24,551 bases of DNA from Candidatus Iainarchaeum sp. (GTDB lineage: Archaea; Iainarchaeota; Iainarchaeia; Iainarchaeales; Iainarchaeaceae), in assembly GCA_038895675.1 (NCBI GenBank), contig JAWANB010000006.1, forward strand, positions 1 to 24,551. The letters are read 5' to 3'. Below, piece after piece: positions 1-8,313 of this stretch. The notes below the pieces were generated by a model. That model did not search any database. It was given only the letters and a program-made list of their open reading frames with translations, and was not told where the DNA came from. The position numbers and the translations under genes were made by a program. Each line of letters begins with the position of its first letter. Within the stretch, counting starts at the first letter, position 1.

Positions 1-624
1 GCCTGCCCATGCGTCTTCATGAATAGTTAGTTCATTTTCTGTTATTTCCATTACTTTTGTTATCCAATTAAAATATTCTTCAAAGTAAAGTTCTGTGTTA
101 TAGTCTTTAGCTTTTTCGAAATGTAATTGCCCTAACATGTCAAAGCAAACATAGTGAGAGCCTGTTATGCCAACGTTATCTATGTCGTTGAATCTTAGTG
201 ATAGTTGTGGTATTATTACTGCATTACTTTTTGGTTTTATTTCGCCTTTTACTACAAAAGGTTGGAATGGGTATATTGAGGCACCTACCCAGTAAACGTC
301 TGGACGCCATCTTGCAACTACTGGGTATCTTTTGTATTCGTAGTAACCTAATTTTGTAAAATAATTTTTGAATTCTGTCCAAGTGCTTAAGTAATCAAAC
401 TTTTTTTTTGTAGGCGGGTCACCTATAAAAGAATAGCCTCCACAACAAGTAGCGTCTCCGCATATTTTTCTTTCATTGTCTTGTGTCCAATAATATCTTC
501 CGCAATTTTCGCATTTTTTTCTGGTAAATCCTTTTTCTTGCAGTTTTTTTGTCGGGTAATTTTTGGTTGGTTCTTTTGAAGCTTGTTCTTTGTATATTGC
601 TTTTATTTCTTTGTCTGTAAGCAT
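1..624 (-). CDS. alaS: Alanyl-tRNA synthetase, archaeal type (N-terminal part; runs off the left edge; absent from the ORF track)
   Basis: My translation from ATG at 624: MLTDKEIK...GFTRKKCENCGRYYWT...ICGDATCC...RYPVVARWRPDVYWVGASIYPFQPFV...PQLSLRFNDIDNVGITGSHYVCFDMLG...ELTIHEDAWAG. This matches archaeal AlaRS motifs (RYPV.RWR.D, ASI.FQP, RF.DIDNVG.TG.H). Confidence 0.95.
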   Translation of the reverse strand, partial: MLTDKEIKAIYKEQASKEPTKNYPTKKLQEKGFTRKKCENCGRYYWTQDNERKICGDATCCGGYSFIGDPPTKKKFDYLSTWTEFKNYFTKLGYYEYKRYPVVARWRPDVYWVGASIYPFQPFVVKGEIKPKSNAVIIPQLSLRFNDIDNVGITGSHYVCFDMLGQLHFEKAKDYNTELYFEEYFNWITKVMEITENELTIHEDAWAG

Positions 625-702
625 TCTTACTTTCTTGTTGGATAAAAAATATTAATTTAATTTTTCAATAGAATTAAATTTTGGTTAGTTGTTTGTTTTG
701 TT

Positions 703-1284
703 ATGTGTGCAAAAACCAATAGAGTTTTGAGTAGTCGTGCAAGAAAAGTAGGTCCCGAATTTCAACCATCTCCTGTTGTTTCTGTTGTGGATGGGCTTTT
801 AGCTGTACGTAGCAACCGAAGAGAAAAAGCGGAGCTTGGTTTTTATAAGGGTTTTGCTTTAGGTAGTTTGCCTGGCTTATTTTTGGGCGAGTCTTTGAAA
901 AAGGATAGTCTAAGAATTCCTGTTGCTATTAGTTTCATGGTTTTAGGCGGTGCTGTAAATTATTTTCGTGAAAAGTTAAAGTCTAAAAAAGAGGTTTATG
1001 CCCAAACTTTGTTAGTGGCTAAAAAGCTTAATGAGTTTTACGAGTCTGAAGTGAAGGGCAAGTTGGAAAGAGCGATGAATGATAATATTTCTTTAGTTAA
1101 ATATTTTCGGAATGAAGATGACATTTATGCTGCTTTAGCTATAAAGTTGTTAGTAAATGGTTGGAATTACATTTATGTTAATAGAAAAGGCGAGTTAGTT
1201 GGTTCGAATTGGAAGGTTAGTCGTTATGCTATAAGCACTAAAAAAATTAGGAATAATTATTATTTAACTTCTAAGAGTCTTTGA
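703..1284 (+). CDS. Hypothetical protein (basic N-terminus, two Gly-rich hydrophobic segments)
   Basis: 193-aa ORF filling the gap between alaS and leuS; segments GFALGSLPGLFLG and VAISFMVLGGAV; no family recognised. Confidence 0.7.
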   Translation: MCAKTNRVLSSRARKVGPEFQPSPVVSVVDGLLAVRSNRREKAELGFYKGFALGSLPGLFLGESLKKDSLRIPVAISFMVLGGAVNYFREKLKSKKEVYAQTLLVAKKLNEFYESEVKGKLERAMNDNISLVKYFRNEDDIYAALAIKLLVNGWNYIYVNRKGELVGSNWKVSRYAISTKKIRNNYYLTSKSL

Positions 1285-1292
1285 TTGTAATT

Positions 1293-4127
1293 TTATTCTA
1301 TTACTATCGCTGGTTTTTTTGGCATGGCTTTTTGGGCTTTTTCTTTGTATTGTGTTTGTTCTGCTTTTTCAAAGAAAACTTTGCAATTAAATTCTTTTTC
1401 AAAAAATTCTGTGTTTTCTTTTATTAGTTCTTCTTCGTTTATTTCTGTTTCGTCGTAAGTTTTGGCAATTTTCAAAGCTTGTTTTGCGAATTGTTCTGTT
1501 TCTTTTCCTTTTTGTCTTATTTCTTGGTCTTGCATAAGGGCTTTCATTATTAACCCAAAATCAATTTTGTTTTCGCAAGCTTTTTTTGCTATTGTCATTG
1601 CTTTGTGTTTCCATTTTGGTGCTATGATTATAGTGATTTTTTTTGGTTGGCTTATTTTTGTTAGCTCTATTATTTGTTTTATGTCTTCTATAGTTGTTTT
1701 TATTATTTCTTCTGTTTGTTTTATTTCTTTTGATATTTTTGTTTTGTCGTAGCTTGGCCATTTTGCTGTACTAATCATTTCTTTTTGTTCTAATAATTGC
1801 CATGCTTCTTCTGCTACAAAAGGTGTTATTGGGGCTAACATTAGTATTTGTGTTTTTAAGGTTTCTTCTATGGTGCTTTTGTTTGGTTTGTTTCCTGTTC
1901 TGTACAAGTACCATTTTATTGCTCTTTGCATTTCAAAGAATGCTAACCTTAGTGCGCTTTTGAACATTGCTTCTTCCATGTAGTTTGTTGTTTGCATTAC
2001 AATTTCGTTGGTTTGTGATTCTAACCAATAATCTATCTTGCTTTTTTTTCTTTCTGTGCTTTTTTCTTTTATTGTTTTGATTTGGTTTAGGAGTTCTTGC
2101 AGTTTTTGGTTCATTGTTTCTGCTAATGCTATTTCAAAGTTTGCGTCATCTAAGCCTTCTCCTCCTGAGAGTACTGCAAATCTTGAAGCATCGCAACCAA
2201 ATTTTTCTGGGAGTTCTCTTAGCAATATAAAGTTTCCTTTTGATTTTGACATTTTTTCTCCGTTTATTGTTATCCAACCATTTACTCCTATGCCTTTTGG
2301 GTGCTTATTTTTGTCTTCCCAAATTGCAACGTGGTTGAATATGTAGAAAGTTAAGTGGTTTTGTATTAGGTCTTTGCCAGAGTTTCTAAAGTCAACTGGA
2401 TACCAATAATTGAATTCTTTTCTTAGTTCTTCGCAAATTTCTTTTTCTACTTTTATGTTTTTGCTTTCTTTTCCTAAAAACACGTAATCGAAAAATTCGT
2501 TGTTTATTTTTTCTTCTGGAATTTCTTTTATTTTGTGTGCTATAGTGTAATAAGCCATGTATATTGTTGAGTCGCTTAGGCTTTCTATTACCCATTTTTC
2601 ATCCCATGGTAATTTTGTTCCTAAACCGAATTCTCTTGTGCATGGCCAGTCGTTAAGCCAATCTATTACATAGTTGAATTGTTGTCTTGCTTCTTCTGGG
2701 TATAATTTTATTTTAGAGAGTGCTTCGTGGCTTTTTTGTTTCCATTCTTTGTTTTTGTAGTTTATGAACCATTGATCTGTAACTATTTTTACTGTGGCTT
2801 CTTGTAAGCACCTGCATACGACTTTTCCTGTGAGTTCGTAGAATATTGTTGCTTCTTTGTTTTGTATTAGTTCTTCTTTCACGAGTTCTTTTGCTTTTAT
2901 TACTGGCATTCCTGAGTATTTCCTCGTATTTTTTCCCATAATGCCTTCGTAGTATCCTTTTTTGTAAACTATTTTTTTTGCTTCTTCTAATTTTTGTCTT
3001 TCTTCTGGGCTTTTTATGTTCATTTCTTTTACCATTTTTTCTGCTGCCATTTCTCCCAATTCTGCCGAGTTAATTATTGGTATTGGTTTTATTTTGCAAA
3101 TTTCTTCGTAGTTTAAACCGTATTTTTCACATGTTTCTTTTGAATTTTGCAAGTAAAGTAAGCCTATGTAGTCGTCCGGTGCGTCGCTTGGCACGCTTGT
3201 CACTATTCCTGTTCCTTTCGTAGGGTCGCAGAATGTAGCTGGAAGTACTATTATTGTCTTGTGTATTTCTGGTGCTATTACTTTTTTTCCTATTAGTTCT
3301 TTTCCTTTTAATTTTCCTATCGTAGTTACTTCGTGGTTTTGTTGTTTTAGTTTTGCGAAAAATTCTTGGCTTCCTATCCATTTTTCTTTATCTACTTCTG
3401 CTATAATATATTCTATTTCTGGGTTTACCCATAGATTTGTTTGGCCAAAGACTGTTTCTGGTCTTAGTGTTGCTGCTATAATGTATTTGTCTTCAAACTT
3501 GAATTTTAGTAAGGTGAATTCTTGTGGTGTTTCTCCTTCTCCTTCTATTCTTGAGTGGTCTGGCACTGGGGCGTTGTCTTTTGTGCACCAAACCACAGGA
3601 TGGCTTCCTTTTATTACATAGTTTTTTTCTTTTAGTTTTGTGAATTGCCATTTTATGAATTTGTCGTAATGCGGGTTTAATGATGTTGTTATGAAGCTTC
3701 TTCGCCAATCTATGCTTAACCCTAAAGACTTTAGGTCTTTTTCTGCTTCTTTTGGAAAGTATTCTACCCATTTTTTTGGTTCTTGAAATTCTTTTATTTG
3801 TTCTTCTTTCAGCCCTAATTGTTTCATTATTTCTATTTGCTTTGGTTCATTTTCTTTGATTCTTTGCGCAGCACTTTCTATTGGACTGCCGGTGCAATGC
3901 CAACCTTGTGGAAATAGGACATTATAGCCTCTCATTCTTTTATACCTTGCCATGGCTTCTACTCTCATTAGAGTATAAAAGTGCCCTATGTGCATTAGTG
4001 AGTTCATGTAGGGATAAGGAAATGTTACAAAGAACTTTGGTTTTTCGTTAGGGTTTGCTTCAAAAGTTTTTTCATTTTCCCATTTTTTTATCCATTTTTG
4101 TTCTATTTCTTTGAAATTGTTAGGCAT
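1293..4127 (-). CDS. leuS: Leucyl-tRNA synthetase (archaeal type)
   Basis: FPYPYMN..MHIGH, KMSKS, ATLRPET, GTGIVTSVPSDAPDD editing domain, WVIESLSDSTIYMAYYT, SGKDLIQNHL. Confidence 0.98.
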   Translation of the reverse strand: MPNNFKEIEQKWIKKWENEKTFEANPNEKPKFFVTFPYPYMNSLMHIGHFYTLMRVEAMARYKRMRGYNVLFPQGWHCTGSPIESAAQRIKENEPKQIEIMKQLGLKEEQIKEFQEPKKWVEYFPKEAEKDLKSLGLSIDWRRSFITTSLNPHYDKFIKWQFTKLKEKNYVIKGSHPVVWCTKDNAPVPDHSRIEGEGETPQEFTLLKFKFEDKYIIAATLRPETVFGQTNLWVNPEIEYIIAEVDKEKWIGSQEFFAKLKQQNHEVTTIGKLKGKELIGKKVIAPEIHKTIIVLPATFCDPTKGTGIVTSVPSDAPDDYIGLLYLQNSKETCEKYGLNYEEICKIKPIPIINSAELGEMAAEKMVKEMNIKSPEERQKLEEAKKIVYKKGYYEGIMGKNTRKYSGMPVIKAKELVKEELIQNKEATIFYELTGKVVCRCLQEATVKIVTDQWFINYKNKEWKQKSHEALSKIKLYPEEARQQFNYVIDWLNDWPCTREFGLGTKLPWDEKWVIESLSDSTIYMAYYTIAHKIKEIPEEKINNEFFDYVFLGKESKNIKVEKEICEELRKEFNYWYPVDFRNSGKDLIQNHLTFYIFNHVAIWEDKNKHPKGIGVNGWITINGEKMSKSKGNFILLRELPEKFGCDASRFAVLSGGEGLDDANFEIALAETMNQKLQELLNQIKTIKEKSTERKKSKIDYWLESQTNEIVMQTTNYMEEAMFKSALRLAFFEMQRAIKWYLYRTGNKPNKSTIEETLKTQILMLAPITPFVAEEAWQLLEQKEMISTAKWPSYDKTKISKEIKQTEEIIKTTIEDIKQIIELTKISQPKKITIIIAPKWKHKAMTIAKKACENKIDFGLIMKALMQDQEIRQKGKETEQFAKQALKIAKTYDETEINEEELIKENTEFFEKEFNCKVFFEKAEQTQYKEKAQKAMPKKPAIVIE

Positions 4128-4241
4128 GCCATCATTTCCATTTTTTGTTCTAAAAAACTTGTTTGGAAATAGTTTTAAATATTAAATAATTCTTTAATTG
4201 GTTTGTTAAATTGTTTTTTTATTGTTTTTTTTGGGTTTAAA

Positions 4242-6014
4242 ATGTTTGAAATTATTTTTTTGTTCGGGTTAATAGTTTTGCTTGGTTTTTTTAGTAGGTG
4301 GCTTTTTGAAAATACTAAAGTTCCAGAGCCATTGATTCTTCTTGTCTTTGGTTTTATTTTGGGGCCTTTAGGCTTGTTGAATTTTTTTTCTATTTCTAAT
4401 CTTGATTTGGTTCAGTTCAAGGAGGCTTTACCTGTAGTTGGTGCTATTGCTTTAGTATCTATTGTTTTTGAGGCTAGTTTGAGGCTTAAGGTCAAAGACT
4501 TTCCTAAGGATTTTTTTTATTCTTTATTGTTTTCTGTTTTAAATCTTGGTTTATGTGTTGTGCTTTTGACTGCTTTGGTTAGGTTTGTTTTTGGTTGGAG
4601 TCCAATTAATTCTTTTATTTTGGGTTCTATTTTAGGCGCTATTTCTTCTTATTCTTCTTATTCTATATTGCCATTTGTGAAAACCACTAATTCTTTGCGT
4701 TCTGCCTTGTACTTTGAAAGCACTTTGTCCACTATTTTTGTTTGTGTTTTAACTTTAGGTATTATGAAGTATAGTTCTTTGCCATTTTCTAATCAGAATT
4801 CTTTTGCTTCTATTTTATTTTCTTTGTTTTCTGTTTCTTTTATTTTTGGTTTATTTTTAAGTTTGTGTTTATTGTTTTTGCTTTTGCATTTTAACATTAA
4901 TCGTTTTGGTCGTTTGGTCTTGTTTTCTGTTGTGTTAATAATTTATTTTGTTGATTTCGTTATTTTCGGTGGTGTTGGTGTTATTTCTGTTGCTTTGATT
5001 GGTTTTGTTTTGGCTAATTCTGAGTTATTTTTAAAGTTGTTGGGAAAACCTAATTTTTCTTTTGACAATTCTTTAACTTCTTTTCAATCAGAGATTTCTA
5101 TTTTTGTTAATACCTTTTTCTTTGTTTATTTGGGCATGATTTTTGATTTGTCTCAAATTTCTACTTTGGCTATATTTTTTGTAATCTCGATAGTTTTAGT
5201 AATGCTTTTTTCAAGGTTTTTAGTAGCTTTTGTTTTGAAAAATTTTGTTAAATCACAAAAACACGAAGATTTTTTGCGTGTTGTTTTTATTCCTCGTGAT
5301 TTGTTAAGTGCAGTATTGGCTTCTTTCGTGTTTATTTATTCTCCTTCTAGTAGTTTCATTATTGACACAATTATTTTGGCTATTGTTTTTTCTACAATTT
5401 TTACTTCCGTTGCTTTGTTCTATTATGAGAAAATTTTTAAGGATTCTTTCCTTTTTAAGAAAGAAATTCAGTTGGTTGATGGTAGAAAAGTTTTGATTAG
5501 GACTTTTACTAAGGATGACGTTGGCAAGCTAAAAAATTTTTTGAACAAATTGGTTGAAGAAGGTGCCTACATTGCCATTGATCAGAGGCTTGATACTGAA
5601 GACGAACGTGAAATGGTTAATGACATGATTTTAAGGATGAATCGTAAAGAATTAATTGTTTGGGTAGGAGTTCATGATAATAGAATTATCGCCAAGGTTT
5701 CTGCTGAAAAAATGTCAGGTAGAGAAAGAGACAACGTTTCTTTAAGTTTTTATGTGGATAAAGATTTCAGAGGAGTTGGCCTTGGCACTATTTTGATAAG
5801 ACTTATTGTTAACGAAGCCTTAAAGACTTTTGATCCTCACAATCTCTACTTGACAGTTTACTCTGATAATACTAAAGCCATTAAACTTTATGAGCGAGAA
5901 GGATTTGTCAAGTGCGGTGTTTTGCCAGGTTGGGTAAAACACAATAACAAATACCTAAACAGAGTTTACATGGTTTATAAGCCAAAAAAAGAAAAAGCAT
6001 TAGAAAATAGTTAG
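4242..6014 (+). CDS. NhaP/CPA1-like cation:proton antiporter domain fused to a C-terminal GNAT acetyltransferase
   Basis: About 12 hydrophobic helices with KVPEPLILLVFGFILGP, FFFVYLG and PRDLLSAVLA; the C-terminal ~180 aa carry GNAT motifs VDKDFRGVGLGT and VYSDNTKAIKLYEREGF. Start placed at the first ATG (4242). Confidence 0.85.
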   Translation: MFEIIFLFGLIVLLGFFSRWLFENTKVPEPLILLVFGFILGPLGLLNFFSISNLDLVQFKEALPVVGAIALVSIVFEASLRLKVKDFPKDFFYSLLFSVLNLGLCVVLLTALVRFVFGWSPINSFILGSILGAISSYSSYSILPFVKTTNSLRSALYFESTLSTIFVCVLTLGIMKYSSLPFSNQNSFASILFSLFSVSFIFGLFLSLCLLFLLLHFNINRFGRLVLFSVVLIIYFVDFVIFGGVGVISVALIGFVLANSELFLKLLGKPNFSFDNSLTSFQSEISIFVNTFFFVYLGMIFDLSQISTLAIFFVISIVLVMLFSRFLVAFVLKNFVKSQKHEDFLRVVFIPRDLLSAVLASFVFIYSPSSSFIIDTIILAIVFSTIFTSVALFYYEKIFKDSFLFKKEIQLVDGRKVLIRTFTKDDVGKLKNFLNKLVEEGAYIAIDQRLDTEDEREMVNDMILRMNRKELIVWVGVHDNRIIAKVSAEKMSGRERDNVSLSFYVDKDFRGVGLGTILIRLIVNEALKTFDPHNLYLTVYSDNTKAIKLYEREGFVKCGVLPGWVKHNNKYLNRVYMVYKPKKEKALENS

Positions 6015-6103
6015 AAAATTGAATAAAAAAGTAATATGTAAAAATTGGTCTTTGCAAAATATTTTAAGTAATTCATAAAAAGGCGTTGCCAATTATTATT
6101 TGT

Positions 6104-7780
6104 ATGAGTCGCTTTATTGAAAAAGAACTTAAATCTTTGTTAGAAAAAGTAGTTTCTAATAATCCTAAAGCCAAAACCTCGGTTTTGGAAGAAGCCTACT
6201 TTTTTTCTAAGATTGCTCACAAAGACCAAAAACGTTTGTCAGGAGAACCATATTTTTCTCATCCTTTAGCAGTCGCAAATTCCCTAGCAGACTTTGGTTT
6301 TGACGAAATAGTTGTTTCTTCTGCTTTGTTGCACGACGTTGTAGAAGACTCCAATATTAGTTTAGCAGAATTAAGACGCCTTTTCGGCAAAGACATAGCA
6401 AATTTAGTTAGCGCTTTGACCAAATTGGATTTAGTAGCTTTCAGGTCAAGGAAAGAACACACCGCCGCTAACGTTGTTAAAACAATAATAGCTTCTTCCA
6501 AAGACTTGCGAGTCCTTATAATAAAGCTTTTTGATAAACTTCACAACCTTGAAACACTCTCTTACTTAGACAAAGAAAGAAGAATCAGAATAGCATCAGA
6601 CGCCCTCTTAGTATACGTCCCTATAACTCAACGCCTTGGCTTGAATTTTTTAAAAAGAAAAATGGAAGACTTGTGCTATGCTAACCTTGAACCACGAGAT
6701 TTTAAAAAATTCAAAAAATCGTTGATGCCTTTCAGCAGAGCCAAAGACAAAGAAATATCAAAAATAATTAAAACCCTAAAAAAACAAAGATTTACTAAAG
6801 ATTGGTCGTTTTTGACTTTCTGTAAGTCGTTTTATTCATTGAGAATGAAAATGCGAGTTCGTGGAAAAAAAATCGAAGAATTGAACGACATAAAAGTTTT
6901 GAAGATTATTGTCCCATCAAAAAAAGATTGTTACTTTGCATTAGGTGCAGTCCATGAAATATTCAAGCCAATACCTAAAAAATTCAAAGACTATATTGCA
7001 ACTCCATCATATCTTTACCAGGCTTTGCACACCCAAGTAATAAGTCCAAAAAACAAGCCTGTAAAAATTTACATTCAATCCAAAGAAATGTTTGAATTAG
7101 GCGAATACGGAATAATCTATTTATTCAAATCAAAAAGCAAAAGAATCCAAGAATTCAAAAAAATATTTTATCTCAACAGAAACGTAAAATACAACGACAG
7201 CAAAGAATTGATTAGCGATCTAAAACTCGACTTTTTAAACAAGTCTATTGTAGTATTCACAGCTAATGGGGAAATGATAAAACTACCAAGCGATTCAACA
7301 GTAATTGACTTTGCTTATCTTACAGACCCAACAGTTGCAGATAAGTCAATTAAAGCCGAAGTTAACGGAAGAATAGTCCCACTTTGGACAAAACTATTTG
7401 ACGGAGACAGAGTAAAAGTAATACACGCAAAAAAACCAACAATACAAATAAGTTGGCTTTGCTTTGCAACCTCCGAAAAAGTAAAAAAAGACATAGAAAG
7501 CACACTAAAAAACAGCATAATACCATTAGAAATTTCAGGACACGTAAAATTCAGAATTGACTCAATCGACAAACCAGGCTTAGTAGGAAAACAAGCAAAA
7601 ATTCTTGCTGACAACGGATTCAACATAGAATCAGGAATAACAAAAGTAAACGAAGACAGAAAAACAGGTTATTCAGAATTCATAGTAAAAAACCTAAAAG
7701 GCTCTAATTTACAAAAAGCAATAGAACAACTAAAAAAAATGAAAGAAACAATAAAACTCAACGTAGACTATTTTAAATAA
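6104..7780 (+). CDS. Long RelA/SpoT homologue (HD hydrolase - degenerate synthetase - TGS - ACT)
   Basis: HKDQKRLSGEPYFSHP, ALLHDVVED, IKLFDKLHN; DCYFALGAVH, KFKDYIA, YQALHT; TGS VFTANG..IDFAY..VNGRIVPL; ACT DKPGLV..NGFNI. ATG at 6104. Confidence 0.92.
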   Translation: MSRFIEKELKSLLEKVVSNNPKAKTSVLEEAYFFSKIAHKDQKRLSGEPYFSHPLAVANSLADFGFDEIVVSSALLHDVVEDSNISLAELRRLFGKDIANLVSALTKLDLVAFRSRKEHTAANVVKTIIASSKDLRVLIIKLFDKLHNLETLSYLDKERRIRIASDALLVYVPITQRLGLNFLKRKMEDLCYANLEPRDFKKFKKSLMPFSRAKDKEISKIIKTLKKQRFTKDWSFLTFCKSFYSLRMKMRVRGKKIEELNDIKVLKIIVPSKKDCYFALGAVHEIFKPIPKKFKDYIATPSYLYQALHTQVISPKNKPVKIYIQSKEMFELGEYGIIYLFKSKSKRIQEFKKIFYLNRNVKYNDSKELISDLKLDFLNKSIVVFTANGEMIKLPSDSTVIDFAYLTDPTVADKSIKAEVNGRIVPLWTKLFDGDRVKVIHAKKPTIQISWLCFATSEKVKKDIESTLKNSIIPLEISGHVKFRIDSIDKPGLVGKQAKILADNGFNIESGITKVNEDRKTGYSEFIVKNLKGSNLQKAIEQLKKMKETIKLNVDYFK

Positions 7781-7821
7781 AGTTCAACATTTTTAATCAG
7801 TTTAGTAAAACAATATTTGAA

Positions 7822-8066
7822 GGGCCCGTAGCTCAGTTTGGATAGAGCACCTGCCTTCTAACCCTTTTCTTTTCGTTGGCACGAAAAGAAAAGCGTTAAT
7901 GGAAAAGAAAAGTGCAAGTTTTCTTTTTTCCATTGAAAGAAGAGCGTTAACGAAAAAGAAAGATGACCATTTCTTTCTTTTTGCTAGGAAGCGTTAATGA
8001 AAGTTTCTTTTTCATAAGAGAAGGGAAGTAAGCAGGGGGTCGAGGGTTCAAATCCCTCCGGGTCCG
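7822..8066 (+). tRNA. tRNA-Arg(TCT) with a 170-nt intron at position 37/38 (exons 7822-7860 and 8031-8066)
   Basis: GGGCCCG-TA-GCTC-AGTTTGGATA-GAGC-A-CCTGC-CT-TCT-A / A-GCAGG-GGGTC-GAGGG-TTCAAAT-CCCTC-CGGGTCC-G. BHB: CTTC 7855-7858 pairs GAAG 8025-8028, with TAA bulges at 7859-7861 and 8029-8031. No encoded CCA. Confidence 0.93.
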
Positions 8067-8205
8067 CATTAACCCTTTTCTTTCCTTTCACCAAGGAAAG
8101 AAAAGCGTTAACGGAAAAGAAAGGTGGTGTTTTTTTTTCTTTTTTTTTATTGATGGGTTTTTTTATCAAGGAAAGGTTGTGTTTTTTTTCTTTTTTTTAT
8201 TAATG
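7861..8205 (+). repeat. Array of purine/pyrimidine hairpins punctuated by AGCGTTAA, inside and downstream of tRNA-Arg
   Basis: AGCGTTAA at 7892, 7943, 7990 and 8104; perfect 13-bp stems 7864-7876/7881-7893 and 8075-8087/8093-8105; direct repeat GAAAGGTKGTG(T)nC(T)nATTRATG at ~8119-8155 and ~8171-8205. Confidence 0.85.
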
Positions 8206-8313
8206 AAGTTTAGTGTTATTTGTGAAGAAAGGTGATTATTTTTATTTTACCATGTAAAAAGAAAAATTGCTGAGAAAGGCAGATTATTAAATAAAATTGT
8301 TTTAGAGATTTTT

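Noticed and set aside
7928..7938. ORB-like TTCCATTGAAA
   Set aside because: Single imperfect copy, no G-string and no cdc6 nearby; not enough to call an origin.
7861..8030. Intron-encoded box C/D guide RNA or homing endonuclease
   Set aside because: No RUGAUGA/CUGA boxes, and too short for such an ORF.
7984..8169. 61-aa minus-strand ORF
   Set aside because: Antisense to the tRNA 3' exon and low-complexity repeats.
7861..8205. CRISPR array
   Set aside because: The constant part is only 8-19 nt, the intervening sequences are self-complementary and related to each other, and there are no cas genes in the window.
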